A program made the translations under genes and the position numbers. The notes under the pieces are model-generated. The model was not told the DNA's origin and did not search any database. It saw nothing but the letters and a program-made list of their open reading frames with translations. Source: Eledone cirrhosa (taxonomy: Eukaryota). From it: a stretch of 64,000 nucleotides of DNA. Below are positions 46,989-60,084 of the stretch, in pieces (position 1 is the first letter of the stretch; each line of letters opens with the position of its first letter). The stretch lies in the NCBI GenBank assembly GCA_964016885.1, contig OZ024742.1, forward strand, positions 324,384,001-324,448,000, read 5' to 3'.

Positions 46989-47622
46989 TTGTATGTATGT
47001 ATGAATGTATGTATGTGTGTATGTGTGTATGTGTGTATGTATGTGTGTATGACTGTCTGTCTGTATGAATGTATGTATGTCTCTCTGTCTGTCTGTGTGT
47101 TTGTATGCATATGCATCTGTTGATATATTGACACGAGAGTGTATTTCACGGAATATATCTCTACTATCCTCACTGGATGGCATGGCAAAGGATTAGTTGA
47201 CATTACTGAAAATGTCTCCTCAACTGCCTCGATGCAATAATAATATTCATACAACCATGGTAGTATTTTTTATTGCCTACTCTTATATTTTTGCTTCCCT
47301 GTCGATATGACATTTACTATATATATGCAAATCTCGTCCTGGCTGCAATATATTTCTTTGAGCTGCTCTCAAGGAGACCAACAGATTTTTGTTTTTTCTT
47401 CAATAGATATTTCATGTTTTATTCCTTATTTTTATTATTTTTGTTCATTTTTAATGACTTTGGTTTTCTGTATGTTTTATGTTTGTTTTATATTGTTTAT
47501 ATTTTAATCTATGTTTAGTTAATATTTTGTATTATTTGTTTTTATGAGGAAAGAAGTAAGAAGTGAGATAGAGCTAGCTAGAAAGGTGGTATATATGTAC
47601 GGTATGTATATATATGTATATA

Positions 47623-47708
<86 letters not shown>

Positions 47709-47716
47709 AATATATG

Positions 47717-47827
<111 letters not shown>

Positions 47828-48559
47828 TAAATGAGAAAAATTTCCTTTCGAAATATTATTTTTCTTGTTGCGGATGACTAGGCATAAATCATCTGTGACC
47901 GAACACATCTATGTTCAAAGACGTTCTACCCAGGATCATTCCACTATTCTTGTCGAGGTATAGTATATTTAAGCCTACGTTAGCTAATGTATTGCCTTTT
48001 ATAAAGGCTGTAATTCTAGCTGATATTTTTCACAAACGATATTAAGGTTACTCTCTCATGGGTCATCATTTGTCAAATAACAATAAACTAAAGAATTACA
48101 ACAATGAAAATTCCCCAATAGGGGGAGGACTACCTAGGGGTGACTTTGGAACACCACAAATCCTAAACCATCCGATGCTCGAAGAGCACTCTAGGAGGGC
48201 GCCCTAGTCCTCTCTGAATGCGTCAGCCTACAGGCGCATTGTTAGTGTAGGCCCATTTACACGAGCCATCTTCGACACATACACCACCATTTAACAAATG
48301 TACTTGGGGGAAGCACTTCCCGCTCCATCCTCACTTTCCTCTCCAAGTGAAACTTGAAAAAGTTGATGAGGGATCGGCCGAAGAGAAAAGTGTCTGTCTT
48401 CAGTTCTTTCAGTTTCGTCCACCACACAACCTCTTTCGCTATGGCCACCAAGCAGAGGAAAACTGCTTGCCCTTCCCAGCCAAAAGAAGGCAGTGGGGCG
48501 ATCCTCACCATGGACACATCTGATAGGCGGAGTGTTAAAGAAAAAGCAAAAAGGATACA

Positions 48560-49135
48560 GCACTCACAAAAAACACCCTGGAAGATACAAACTAAGAAAG
48601 AAACATGTTTTCTCTTTATGGTCCTTCACAGTTATATCAGGTCTGTCGGCCTTGATTGTTCTGTCAGTTATCACACAGGGAATATAAAACGAGGCATTAT
48701 AGAGTGGGGCAATATGTACACTGGATAATATGCTGCTATATGCTATAAAACAGAGGGGGAAAAGGTACAACCACCATCCAGATGCAGTCACAGTAGGTGA
48801 GAACTGACAGAACATTCAAGACCGACACACCTGATATAATTGTGAAGGACCATAAAGAGAAAACATGTTTCTTTTAACAAGAGCATTTCATCAGATCGTA
48901 ACATTTCGAAAGAGTTCCGAAAGCTCAGTAAATATAAAGATCAGACAATCGAAATCGAGAAAATGTGACATCTTAAAGCATGTACAATACCAGTAGTAAT
49001 CGGTGCACTTGGAATGATACTAGGAAACTGAAAAATATTTGGATCAGCTACCTGGAAAGCCATCTCTGCAAGAGATACAGAAAATAGTGCTGACTGGCAC
49101 TGTTCATGTCCTGAGAAATTCCTTTTCAATTTAAA
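48560..49135 (+). mobile_element. RLE LINE 3' fragment with a short 5' inversion
   Basis: PDIIVKDHKEKTCFL..KYKD..IPVVIGALG; the same PDI segment is inverted at 48595-48680. Confidence 0.7.
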
Positions 49136-49989
49136 AACCTTGCAAAGACATTTACTGATGTTTATGTCCTTATGGGCATCACTTGTATGACAATTGATTG
49201 TAAAATGTGTGTATTAAGAAATTTTACTTCAGGTGTCAGGTTGACACTTAGCAAGGAAGTTTCAAATAAAAAATAATGATAATGTAAATCGTAAATAACC
49301 GAGTAGTCATATATGATTGATTGTCATTCTGTTGTAGATATGATTTTAAGCATGATGTATATAGTTATGAAGCAAATGATATTCTTGTAACTGTGTAAAG
49401 TGCGTGACGCGAATAATCTGTTGTGTATATTGTGGTTGATAAATGTATGTAGTGAGTTTATTTGCCCTTGGTGTCGGGAAGATACTCGCCAAGAAATGGA
49501 AATAAAACTGAAGGAAGAGGAAAATCACAAATAATAATAATAGTAATATTAATGTTAGATATTAACAAATATATAGAAGCCATACCAGCGCTCATAATAT
49601 TACAGTGTCTTAAACATAGCTCTGCTAGGAACAGCCCACATCCTGCGGAAGATTATCGATTTAATAGCACAACTGAAACAGAACAATATTCACAGACAAT
49701 ACACACTAAACAATAAAGACCTAATAAACTACCAACGCAGCTGACACAACATATACTCTTTAAGATTAATACCTAATAAAATAACTCAACTCACATTCCA
49801 TATACCATACACAACAGAAAAACCCCACCAAAATTGAATCAACTAGCTCAATCCATAACAACATAGTACTAACGCAGTACATTAAAAGTAGGTATCTCTA
49901 CTTCCCCAACTCTCGCAAAAATAAGAACACACAATGCTGCAGCACACACAGCATGAAACTTACCGAAATAAGTTGCTGAGGGACATAGG

Positions 49990-50700
49990 TGGGACTGGTT
50001 GAAGAAAGGAACACTTAAAAAGCGGACAGCACAAGACCAAGCTTTGGCTGCAAATTCAAGGAGCAGTCTTAGAAATGAACAAGTGTCTCTGTTATGCTGA
50101 GTGTGTTCGACGAAACTATTGTCTATATTTTAACAGAAAGTCCTAGACTTTCCCCAAACCAGTTTAACTTGTAGATACATGATGAGGTGGCAAAGGTTCT
50201 GCATTGGAAACTGAGTGAAAAGTTTGGGTTAGAGAGAGGTAAGACATGGTACGATTACAAATTACAGAGAATGATTGAGTCAGAGACTTGCAAAATCCTG
50301 TGGGATTTCACAATTCAAACGGACCAGGTATTTGAATACAACAAACCAGACTTAGTGGTGGTTTACAAAGTAACTCATGTGTGTGTGTGATGTAATAGAC
50401 GTTCCATAGCCATTTGACTCACAAGAAGGAAGGTGAGAAAGTAGATGAGTACAATCCTCTAAATAGATAGCCTAATTGTAGATGAAAAAGGTAAACTTAG
50501 TGTTGATTGTTGTTGGGGCTTTCGGGGCAGTATCCAATTACACTGAGAGGAACATAAAGAAAATGGGAATAGCATGTCCAGTAGAGCTGTTGCATAAAGT
50601 TTGGCACGGGTAGGATTATTAGAAAAGTACTAGATAGTTGAAAAGAACAAATAGCATGGCACCGTTGATTGCAGGTAGCAAGCCCGTTACACACCCAAGA
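49990..50700 (+). mobile_element. RLE LINE 3' fragment
   Basis: HDEVAKVLHWKL..KILWDFTIQTD..NKPDLVVV. Confidence 0.75.
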
Positions 50701-50754
50701 AACCAGAAGTTCAAACAAAAACTGAAATAAAAGAAACAACAACAACAACAATAA

Positions 50755-50975
50755 TGATTTCTAGTATAGGCACAAGGCCAGTAATTTTGGGGGGGGGAGG
50801 AAAGTCGATTAAATCGACCACAGTGCGTGACTGATACTTTATTTTATCGACCCCGTAAGGAGGAAAGGCAAAGTTAACCTCGGCGGGATTTGAACTCAGA
50901 TCATAAAGGGCCGTAACTCTATGCTGCAAAGCATGGTGCCCGACCATCTACCGATACTGCCAATCCACGGCCCTA
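50755..50975 (-). mobile_element. tRNA-derived SINE, near full length
   Basis: Same family as 5945-6160. Confidence 0.85.
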
Positions 50976-51526
50976 ACAACAATAATAATAATAATAATGA
51001 TAAAATAATAAGAATTTATTAATTGAATTAGATTTTAAATTTCTCTCAAATCAGAAACTTGTGATTTGAGAAGAGTTTTGAGTATTATAGACAAATAACT
51101 ATTTTTGAAGAAAAAAAAATATTTCGAACTAATTAAAGCACATTATCAAGTAAGGTACCAAAAACATTTCATTCTCTCAAAGAGAAAGAAAGCCAGCAAT
51201 AACATGAAGTAAATTTTGTTATGAGTAATTTATACATTTTTCATTCTTCATTTAAGATTTTTCATTTATTAAGTTATATCAAAACCCGATCTTTCAGATG
51301 AATATTAATTTAAATTTAAAAATTTTTAGAAGACGGGAAGAAAGAACAAACTGCATATGAAGCTTTGATAAAACCAAAGAAAAATTGCACAAAGAGTATA
51401 TCAATTTAATTAACTATTGTCTAGAGAGACTACGAATTTATATGGTTGTAGCATAACGATTGTATGTGTATAAGTGTATATAATATATGTATATACATAT
51501 ATACGTACGTACATAAATACATGAAT

Positions 51527-51615
<89 letters not shown>

Positions 51616-51844
51616 TATATATAATAGGTGTTTCTGGTATATAATATGAATATGTACATATATATGCGAGGTTTTTGATATGAAATCGTGTGTCGAGACA
51701 AATATTGTTATACTTGGGGATATACACGCACACACACAAAAAAGAACACACACATATATACCCACATAAATACATGCACACACACAAACACACACACACA
51801 CACACACATATATATGTAATAGGCGTTTCTGGTATATAATGTGA

Positions 51845-51929
<85 letters not shown>

Positions 51930-52613
51930 TGTGCATGTAATTATGGGCGTATATATGTATATATGTATATACATATATACGCCCATAATTACATGCACTC
52001 ACACACACACACACACGCACGCGCACACACACACATAAACACACACACACACGCACACACACACAAACACAAACACACACACATATATATGATAGGTGTT
52101 TTTGGTATATAATAATGTGGATATGTATTAATAGTAGTCTTAGCAAGTATTAGGTGTATATATTCGTATATTATGCGTATATAACAGTGAAGGTATGTAT
52201 ATATACTAGTTCTGGAATGTATTCAGAATAGTGTTTCTATATACATATAGCAGTGTGCGTATATATATATATGGTAGTGTTTGAGTGAATAAAGTAGTGT
52301 TCGTGTATATACTGCGTTTACGTTTTTACAATAGTGTATGTATATGGCATTGCGCATATGTATGTATCTATGCATGCATGTTTATATGTATGTATGTATG
52401 TACACACAAACACACACACACGCAACATATATGTATATATATATATATATATAAAAAAGATGAAATCGAAAATCCAACTGGAGTCTTATTTTTAAAATGG
52501 GTCCACAGACCCTCCATCTCAACTCTTTTGCATTTTCGATTTCATCTTTTTTCTTTATACTTTCACTCGTGTAGGACACCTCGGTTATTTTTCATTTTGT
52601 AAAAAACCCTCAC

Positions 52614-52651
<38 letters not shown>

Positions 52652-52864
52652 CGTTTCTGAATTTGTTTAGCAAGATTCTTTATCTGAAATCGTGTGTTGA
52701 AACCGATATTGTTATACTTTGGGAGGGTCATGTTGCCAATAAGAAACACACGCACCAGTTGCTTTCACTTCAATTTAATTTATTATATATTTATAAATTT
52801 ACAAATTTATAAATTTCTGGTTGGTTGGTTGGTTCCACAACCAGATAGTTGTTTATATATATAT

Positions 52865-52909
52865 AGTCATAGTTCTTTCGTCACACACTCTGTGACCTCT
52901 TCAGTGACT
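52865..52909 (-). ncRNA. pLTR hammerhead ribozyme (3' copy)
   Basis: rc: agtca-CTGAAGA-g-gtcaca-gagtg-tgtgac-GAAA-gaac-TA-tgact. Confidence 0.85.
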
Positions 52910-53192
52910 GGGGATTTCTTTCTTCGTTTCTGTGCCTTTCCTTTCTTCTATCCTACGCCATTTTGTTTGTGTGTGGGTTGCGTGCTCAGTTTGCGCATGC
53001 GCCACATCCGGGTGTCTGTGTGTGTTTGTGTTCATTTTTCTATTTGTTTGTTTATTTATTTATTTATTGTTGGTTGGTTGTTTGTTCTATGTGTGTGTGT
53101 GTTTTCATTTTGTCTTGTGTGTGTTTTCATTTTGTGTGTGTTTTCAATTGTAAGTTGTTTGTTCTATGTGTGTGTGTGTTTTCATTTTGTCC

Positions 53193-56100
53193 TTAATTGT
53201 AAGTTGTGATGTTGCTGTTCCACTCATATTTTCTATTTAATTTTGGTTTTAATTCTTTTATGCTTACTGCCTCTGTAATTTGCCTAAACATTGCGTCTTT
53301 CTTGTGTGTGGATTCTATTTTTATTTCTATGCTCTCTAATTTACCCCTGTGTTCTATCTTAGCATGTTGGTAGAGCACAGATGATTCTTTATTATCTTGA
53401 AGGTCTCGCCAGTGTTCATTTATTCGTTCCCCTATACTACGAGCTGTCTCACCTATGTACACTATATTTTTGTTTCTACATTGTCCTTCAGTACATCTTA
53501 TGCTATATACTACATTTCTAGTTTTACAGTTAATATGGGGGCTTATTTTACAGGTTATACATTTCTTATCTATACATGAGGGTCTTTGGAACGGGTATGT
53601 CTTGCTAATAAGTGTTTTTACGGAGGTACCAGGTCTTTCTACTATCTTAATATTGAGATTATGTTTCTTTAGGGCCCTTCTAAATTTGTAGGCTAGTTCG
53701 CCTCTAGGGGTTGTATTGATGAACATTACACTCTGGTATTTATTGCTATCATACCATGAGTTTATTCTATTGGCCTTGTTCTTAGTTCTTTCTATTCTAT
53801 TCCAAAATTTGCTCCTATACAAGGGGCAGGTCCCATTTATGTCATTATTTACCATTTTTTCCCATTTGGTTCTGGCTCCTTTATACACTCTGATTCTATC
53901 TCTCTGATTGTAGCCAGAGAACTGCATACGGTGGATGAAGTGTTGTATGTGTCTCTCTAGTTCTTCGGGGTTGCACATGCGGGACACATTTCTCATCACC
54001 CGTACCAAATCCGCAATCAGTATGTTGATTTTGGTATGGTCCGAAATGGCCGAGTTTCGGTGGATCAGATGTTTGGAAGTCATGGGTTTGGCATAATGGG
54101 AATGGAGGATTTGTTTTTGGTTGTTAATTGTATCTAACCAGAGCTCTGTGTCTAGTACAGGTAATCGATGGTTGGGGTGTCTACTTGGGTAGTCTATAGT
54201 AACTCTAATGCTCTGGTGGTTGGAGTTTGCTATTTGCTGGATGCTTTCCATTGTGTTTTTCTCTAGTTCCTGACTGTTCTTTAGTGGGGGTGTCTTAACT
54301 ACGATGTTTATATCATCTACGTAGCGGGAGTACATTATCAGGGTTAAGCTGTCTTCTAATTGTTCATTAAGTTTTTGTTTAAGTCTACTGTCCCACCATA
54401 CCATGAATAAGTTAGCTATGTCGCCTGCAATGCTAACACCAATGGCTGCTCCTTCCTCTTGGGCATATGTTTTACCATTAAATTTGAACATATGTTCCTT
54501 AAGGGTTAATTTTATGCTGGCCCCTACCGCATGTGCAATCATTTTCTTCAGTTCATCGTGGTTTTCGGGTGTCCGTATGGCTCTGGTCCACCCGTTCCAT
54601 CTATCTGTGTGGGTTTTCTTGGCCATTGAGGTAATGGTAGGTGGTCTGCCTCTTGCTGGTCTTGTAGGGCACAGGTTGCTAAGGTCATAAGTGTCTAGGT
54701 AACTATTACTATGGGTAAGCTTAAGTAGAAGTCCCAGCTCACTGGTATCAATCCCACGGAACTCAACCTTGCTCTCGCTGATCATTTCGACGCATTTCTC
54801 CACAGCAAAATCCACGTCAATAGATGGATACAGGGACACAACATCCATACTGCCTATTATGCAGTTTGTTAGGTCCCCAGATCGGTTACCCGCGCCGATT
54901 CTGCTGAGGAGGTCCTCCGTGCTGTCACACACATCTGTGGACATCTCAATGATGGGGCGTATGATCAGGGAGAGGAAGTAGGACAGTCTGTAGTTACTAG
55001 CAATGTTAGCCCCACAGACTGGCCGTGTTGGTGGTCCCGCGACAGGGTCCCAGCCCGTTTTATGGTCTTTTCGAAGCCCATACAACGCCGGCACGTCATT
55101 GTTCCAGGCCTGGAAGTTGTTGGCAGTCCTTTTGTTGGGCTGCATTATATTTGTCCACATCACCATATGGGCATTGAGGGTTTTTTCTCTATCCTCATGC
55201 TCCTGTGGTGTTACCTCTCTTGTGTTAGTGATGTGGGGTTGCATTGCCTGGATGTAGTTTGGCAGGCTGTCAACCGACATTCTGCCAGACTTGTCTGTTG
55301 GAAAGCATGCTATCTCTGCATTACGCGAGCGCTGCATGAGCTTACGCAAGCCATTTGCAGATTCTTCTCCCAGTTGCTGGGCCTCTATTCTATTATGCTT
55401 CTTGCTATACTGTTCTATAATATTTCTAAGTTCGGATTTAGCTATACTAAATTGTGCTTCTGTTTGTTCATCGATCTGCGACGGCAACTGCGTGCGTTTG
55501 TTAAATGGCAAAGTCGTGGCGTGGACTCGTCGTAGGTCGAATGATTTATCGGAGGGGTTATAAAACGGAGAGTTCCAGGCTGCTGCTTTATGTGTACTAG
55601 TGCTATTGTTATTGTTAGTTGTGTTGTTTCTATTTCCACCAACAGCAGCAGCCTCAGCTTCATGGTTGTTTCTATGTCTCTCATAATTACTCCTGTCTCT
55701 TTCCACTGGCTCAATGTTGTTATCTACCCTATTTTGTGTGTCTGTGTGTTCGTCTTGGTTATTCTCTTTGTCCTTAGTCTCCCATCTCCTTTTCCTTTTA
55801 ATCCTATTACTTTCTCTTATTTCTCTGATTTCTGTGCTACTGTCATTACTTGTTTTCTGTGTCTGTGTGTTTGTTAAGATTGTGGTGGTGGTGAGAGGCA
55901 TTGAATGCGTGTGTGTTGTTGTTGTTGATGTGTGTTGTTGTTGATGTGTGTTGTTGTTGTCTCTGTGTGTGTGTGTGTTATCGTTGTTGTGTGTGTTGTT
56001 ATTGTTGTTTGTGTTTGCGTGTCTGTTGTTGTTGTATCTGGGTATGTTGCTATTGTTGTTGTTGTTGATGTGTGTGTTGTTGTTATTGTTGTCTCCGTGT

Positions 56101-56984
56101 GTGTTGTTATTGTTGTTTGTGTCTGCGTGTCTGTTGTATCTGGGTATGTTGCTATTGTTGTTGTTATTGTTGTTTGTGTCTGTGTGTCTGTTGTTGTTGG
56201 AATGTGTGTTGTATATGTGTGTGCGTATATTGTTGCTTTTGTTTTTGTTTTTGATGCTCCAGCGTAGTTTCGTAAATGATTTTTCTATTTCTGACAGACA
56301 ACTAATCATATTTACCTTCTTGAATGTCGCAAATTTGGGTGGCAGACGTAACACAGACATTTCATTATTATCTATTTCCGTGTTTCGATAAATGTTGGTA
56401 TTTTCATTGTTGAACTCTTCAGATAATGAGGTGTCGGCCATGTTGATACCGTCAATTTTGTCGGGATATCTATTGGTATACTCTATAGTATCCCGATTTA
56501 GCTTTGCCTGTTTAAGCCACTTTAATTTTCTGTTAAAGTGCTTATTACATTCTTGAGTAATGTACTGTTCTTCGGGGCGTATAAGGCTTATAAATGTTAG
56601 TTTTTCTGCTGGTGTGGTGATTTTAGATATTTCTTGTATTAGGTTACGCTTTAGTTTTTCTTGATGACTTAATTCTCTATAGGTCTTCTTTTTTATGTTT
56701 AGAATTAAATTTCGTTTTAGCCTATCTGCTTGTTTTTTGGTGAGTTGTAATCTTCTAACGTCGGTATTGATGGTGTTGGTGTAGATTCTAGAAGTGGTGC
56801 ACAGTTTAATGAAGCGTAGTTGTCGAGATGTTATGGTTTTTCGTAGACAACAGAACATGGTGGTTTTCAGTATCTTGTTAGCCTGGCTAAGGCTTACGAT
56901 ATTTCGTTTCTGAATTTGTTTAGCAAGATTCTTTATCTGAAATCGTGTGTTGAAACCGATATTGTTATACTTTGGGAGGGTCAT
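53193..56984 (-). CDS. Intact PLE polyprotein: RT, CxxxxCxxC linker and GIY-YIG endonuclease (Naiad-like, tentative)
   Basis: PTDKSG, YGLRKDHK, RPVC, SMDVVSLYPSI, QEEGAAIG, RYVDDI, LPVLD, VVY..YIGETAR..ER..EH..E..LN; first ATG at 56984. Confidence 0.93.
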   Translation of the reverse strand: MTLPKYNNIGFNTRFQIKNLAKQIQKRNIVSLSQANKILKTTMFCCLRKTITSRQLRFIKLCTTSRIYTNTINTDVRRLQLTKKQADRLKRNLILNIKKKTYRELSHQEKLKRNLIQEISKITTPAEKLTFISLIRPEEQYITQECNKHFNRKLKWLKQAKLNRDTIEYTNRYPDKIDGINMADTSLSEEFNNENTNIYRNTEIDNNEMSVLRLPPKFATFKKVNMISCLSEIEKSFTKLRWSIKNKNKSNNIRTHIYNTHSNNNRHTDTNNNNNNNSNIPRYNRHADTNNNNNTHGDNNNNNTHINNNNNSNIPRYNNNRHANTNNNNNTHNNDNTHTHRDNNNTHQQQHTSTTTTHTHSMPLTTTTILTNTQTQKTSNDSSTEIREIRESNRIKRKRRWETKDKENNQDEHTDTQNRVDNNIEPVERDRSNYERHRNNHEAEAAAVGGNRNNTTNNNNSTSTHKAAAWNSPFYNPSDKSFDLRRVHATTLPFNKRTQLPSQIDEQTEAQFSIAKSELRNIIEQYSKKHNRIEAQQLGEESANGLRKLMQRSRNAEIACFPTDKSGRMSVDSLPNYIQAMQPHITNTREVTPQEHEDREKTLNAHMVMWTNIMQPNKRTANNFQAWNNDVPALYGLRKDHKTGWDPVAGPPTRPVCGANIASNYRLSYFLSLIIRPIIEMSTDVCDSTEDLLSRIGAGNRSGDLTNCIIGSMDVVSLYPSIDVDFAVEKCVEMISESKVEFRGIDTSELGLLLKLTHSNSYLDTYDLSNLCPTRPARGRPPTITSMAKKTHTDRWNGWTRAIRTPENHDELKKMIAHAVGASIKLTLKEHMFKFNGKTYAQEEGAAIGVSIAGDIANLFMVWWDSRLKQKLNEQLEDSLTLIMYSRYVDDINIVVKTPPLKNSQELEKNTMESIQQIANSNHQSIRVTIDYPSRHPNHRLPVLDTELWLDTINNQKQILHSHYAKPMTSKHLIHRNSAISDHTKINILIADLVRVMRNVSRMCNPEELERHIQHFIHRMQFSGYNQRDRIRVYKGARTKWEKMVNNDINGTCPLYRSKFWNRIERTKNKANRINSWYDSNKYQSVMFINTTPRGELAYKFRRALKKHNLNIKIVERPGTSVKTLISKTYPFQRPSCIDKKCITCKISPHINCKTRNVVYSIRCTEGQCRNKNIVYIGETARSIGERINEHWRDLQDNKESSVLYQHAKIEHRGKLESIEIKIESTHKKDAMFRQITEAVSIKELKPKLNRKYEWNSNITTYN

Positions 56985-57117
56985 GTTGCCAATAAGAAAC
57001 ACACGCACCAGTTGCTTTCACTTCAATTTAATTTATTATATATTTATAAATTTACAAATTTATAAATTTCTGGTTGGTTGGTTGGTTCCACAACCAGATA
57101 GTTGTTTATATATATAT

Positions 57118-57162
57118 AGTCATAGTTCTTTCGTCACACACTCTGTGACCTCTTCAGTGACT
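57118..57162 (-). ncRNA. pLTR hammerhead ribozyme (5' copy, ~135 nt upstream of the ATG)
   Basis: Identical to 52865-52909. Confidence 0.85.
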
Positions 57163-58304
57163 GGGGATTTCTTTCTTCGTTTCTGTGCCTTTCCTTTCTT
57201 CTATCCTACGCCATTTTGTTTGTGTGTGGGTTGCGTACTCAGTTTGCGCATGCGCCACATCCGGGTGTCTGTGTGTGTTTGTGTTCATTTTTCTATTTGT
57301 TTGTTTATTTATTTATTTATTGTTGGTTGGTTGTTTGTTCTATGTGTGTGTGTGTTTTCATTTTGTCTTGTGTGTGTTTTCATTTTGTGTGTGTTTTCAA
57401 TTGTAAGTTGTTTGTTCTATGTGTGTGTGTGTTTTCATTTTGTCCTTAATTGTAAGTTGTGATGTTGCTGTTCCACTCATATTTCTATTTAATTTTGGTT
57501 TTAATTCTTTTATGCTTACTGCCTCTGTAATTTGCCTAAACATTGCGTCTTTCTTGTGTGTGGATTCTATTTTTATTTCTATGCTCTCTAATTTACCCCT
57601 GTGTTCTATCTTAGCATGTTGATAGAGCACAGATGATTCTTTATTATCTTGGAGGTCTCGCCAGTGTTCATTTATTCGTTCCCCTATACTACGAGCTGTC
57701 TCACCTATGTACACTATATTTTTGTTTCTACACTGTCCTTCAGTACATCTTATGCTATATACTACATTTCTAGTTTTACAGTTAATATGGGGGCTTATTT
57801 TACAGGTTATACATTTCTTATCTATATATGAGGGTCTTTGGAACGGGTATGTCTTGCTAATAAGTGTTTTTACGGAGGTACCAGGTCTTTCTACTATCTT
57901 AATATTGAGATTATGTTTCTTTAGGGCCCTTCTAAATTTGTAGGCTAGTTCGCCTCTAGGGGTTGTATTGATGAACATTACACTCTGGTATTTATTGCTA
58001 TCATACCATGAGTTTATTCTATTGGCCTTGTTCTTAGTTCTTTCTATTCTATTCCAAAATTTGCTCCTATACAAGGGGCAGGTCCCATTTATGTCATTAT
58101 TTACCATTTTTTCCCATTTGGTTCTGGCTCCTTTATACACTCTGATTCTATCTCTCTGATTGTAGCCAGAGAACTGCATACGGTGGATGAAGTGTTGTAT
58201 GTGTCTCTCTAGTTCTTCGGGGTTGCACATGCGGGACACATTTCTCATCACCACTAATTGATTTGACAGATGTCTTTAACACATGATACCAAATATTATT
58301 TTGA

Positions 58305-58500
58305 TCAGGGCGGTGGATTGCCAGTATCGGTAGACGGTCGGACGCTATGCTTTGCAGCATAGTTACGTCCCTTTACGAACTGAGTTCAAATCCCGCCGTG
58401 GTTAACTTTGCCTTTCATCCTTACGGGGTCGATAAAAATAAAGTACCAGTAATGCACTGGGTAATTGCTGGCCTTGTGCCAAAAGTAGAAACAATTATTT
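58305..58500 (+). mobile_element. tRNA-derived SINE
   Basis: Same family as 1942-2142. Confidence 0.85.
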
Positions 58501-58606
58501 TGATCAGTAGTTCGTGTGTAAGTATATAAATATATATATATATATATATCCTTGTGTGTCTGTGTATATATATGTATGTTTGCATGCATGAATGAATACA
58601 AATTCT

Positions 58607-60046
58607 CCACTCACACTAAGCTAAACCCATGGCCTCCAAATACCTGATACTCAAAAACTCAGCAATGTCCAGTAGTGCTAAGTTTAATATTCTGATCGCA
58701 GATTTGGTACGAGTGATGAAGAATGTGTCCAGCATGTGCGACCCAACAGAAATGGAAAGACACATCCAACACTTCATCAACCGCATGCAGTTCTCTGGCT
58801 ACAACCAAAGAGACAGAGTCAGAGTATACGAAGGAGCCATGGAAAAGTATAAGACCCTCATAGAACTGGACATGAAAGGAATTTGCCCATTATACAGGAG
58901 CAAATCATGGAATAGCTTAGATAGGGCTAGACATAAGATAGGGAAAGCCACCTCATGGTACGACAACCAGAGATAACAGAGTGTCATGTTTGTGGACGCC
59001 ATCCCTGGAGGGAAATTAGCTAACCAGTGTAGAAAGGCCCTTAGAAGGACCCACTTAAAAATAAAGGTGGTAGAAAAGCCAGGAACCACCATAAAATCCC
59101 TGATCAGCAAAACCTACCCTTTTAAGAAAACCCACTGTACCAATAGGAAATGTATCATATGTAAGGTGAACCCCCGGATAAACTGTAAAACTGGAAACGT
59201 AGTCTATAGCATAAGATGTACAGAGGGTACTTGCAGAAACATGACAACAACATACATAGGTGAGACAGCTCGTAGCATAGGCGAAAGGATAGACCAACAC
59301 TGGGGGGAACTAAAAGGACGAAAAAAGGGGTCAGTACTATACGAACATGCTAGACAACAACATGACGGTAACATAGACAACATAGAAATTAGAATAATAT
59401 CTAAACATAGAAATTACCCAGCAGATAGGCAAATCAGAGAGGCCAGTGAAATAGAAATTAGAAGACCAAAGCTAAACAGAAAGAATGAGTGGAATAACAA
59501 CAACACCCAAACAAACAACACTGACATAAGAGAAGTATAAATAAGTAAATAAAATAAGATAAATAAATACATACACAAGCACAATAACAACAAGCACATA
59601 AACACACACTAGTCACCCAGCAAACATAACACTATACACACTAGTCACACAGCAAACATAACACTATACACACACGCAAACGCATGCGCAAAGAAGACAA
59701 AATAAAATAAACAAACCAGCAAATAAATAAATAAATATATAGACAGACTGAATAAAAAATGGTGTAGACATACAACACAACAGGAGGAAAATATAACACC
59801 ACTGACGATGTTGCAGATGTGCAACGAAAGATTTATGTAAATTATGTAAACTATATATATGTGTTTGTGTCTACATTGTATCTGTATTATTTTTGACCGT
59901 CGGTCAGTCAATGGCAACATTGAGGACCGAGTAAGCTAGATTACAGATATAAAAGACAGCGAGAAGCGAAAACCAACCAAACAGTGAGTGTGTTCTGTTA
60001 TTAATTCTGGCAATATTACACAAATATGACCCTCCCCAAGTATAAC

Positions 60047-60047
<1 letters not shown>
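58607..60047 (+). mobile_element. 5'-truncated diverged sister PLE: thumb and GIY-YIG, 3' UTR, HHR (59797-59838), ORF-start tail
   Basis: Protein homologous to the C-terminus of the intact ORF, with one TAA stop at 58974; CTGACGA-t-gttgca-gatg-tgcaac-GAAA; ends ATGACCCTCCCCAAGTATAAC then (TA)n. Confidence 0.9.

Positions 60048-60084
<37 letters not shown>

Larger units (their letters stand above)
52646..58252 (-). mobile_element. Full-length Penelope-like element in partial-tandem (pLTR-ORF-pLTR) arrangement
   Basis: 56899-58252 is a near-identical direct copy of 52646-54000 (period ~4253 bp); 3' end abuts (TA)n. Confidence 0.95.

Noticed and set aside
52694-53209. 171-aa plus-strand ORF duplicated at 56947-57462
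   Set aside because: Antisense to the GT-rich pLTR; the duplication is explained by the tandem structure
58974-58976. Possible selenocysteine read-through in the sister PLE
   Set aside because: The stop is TAA at a position that is Tyr in the intact ORF, not TGA
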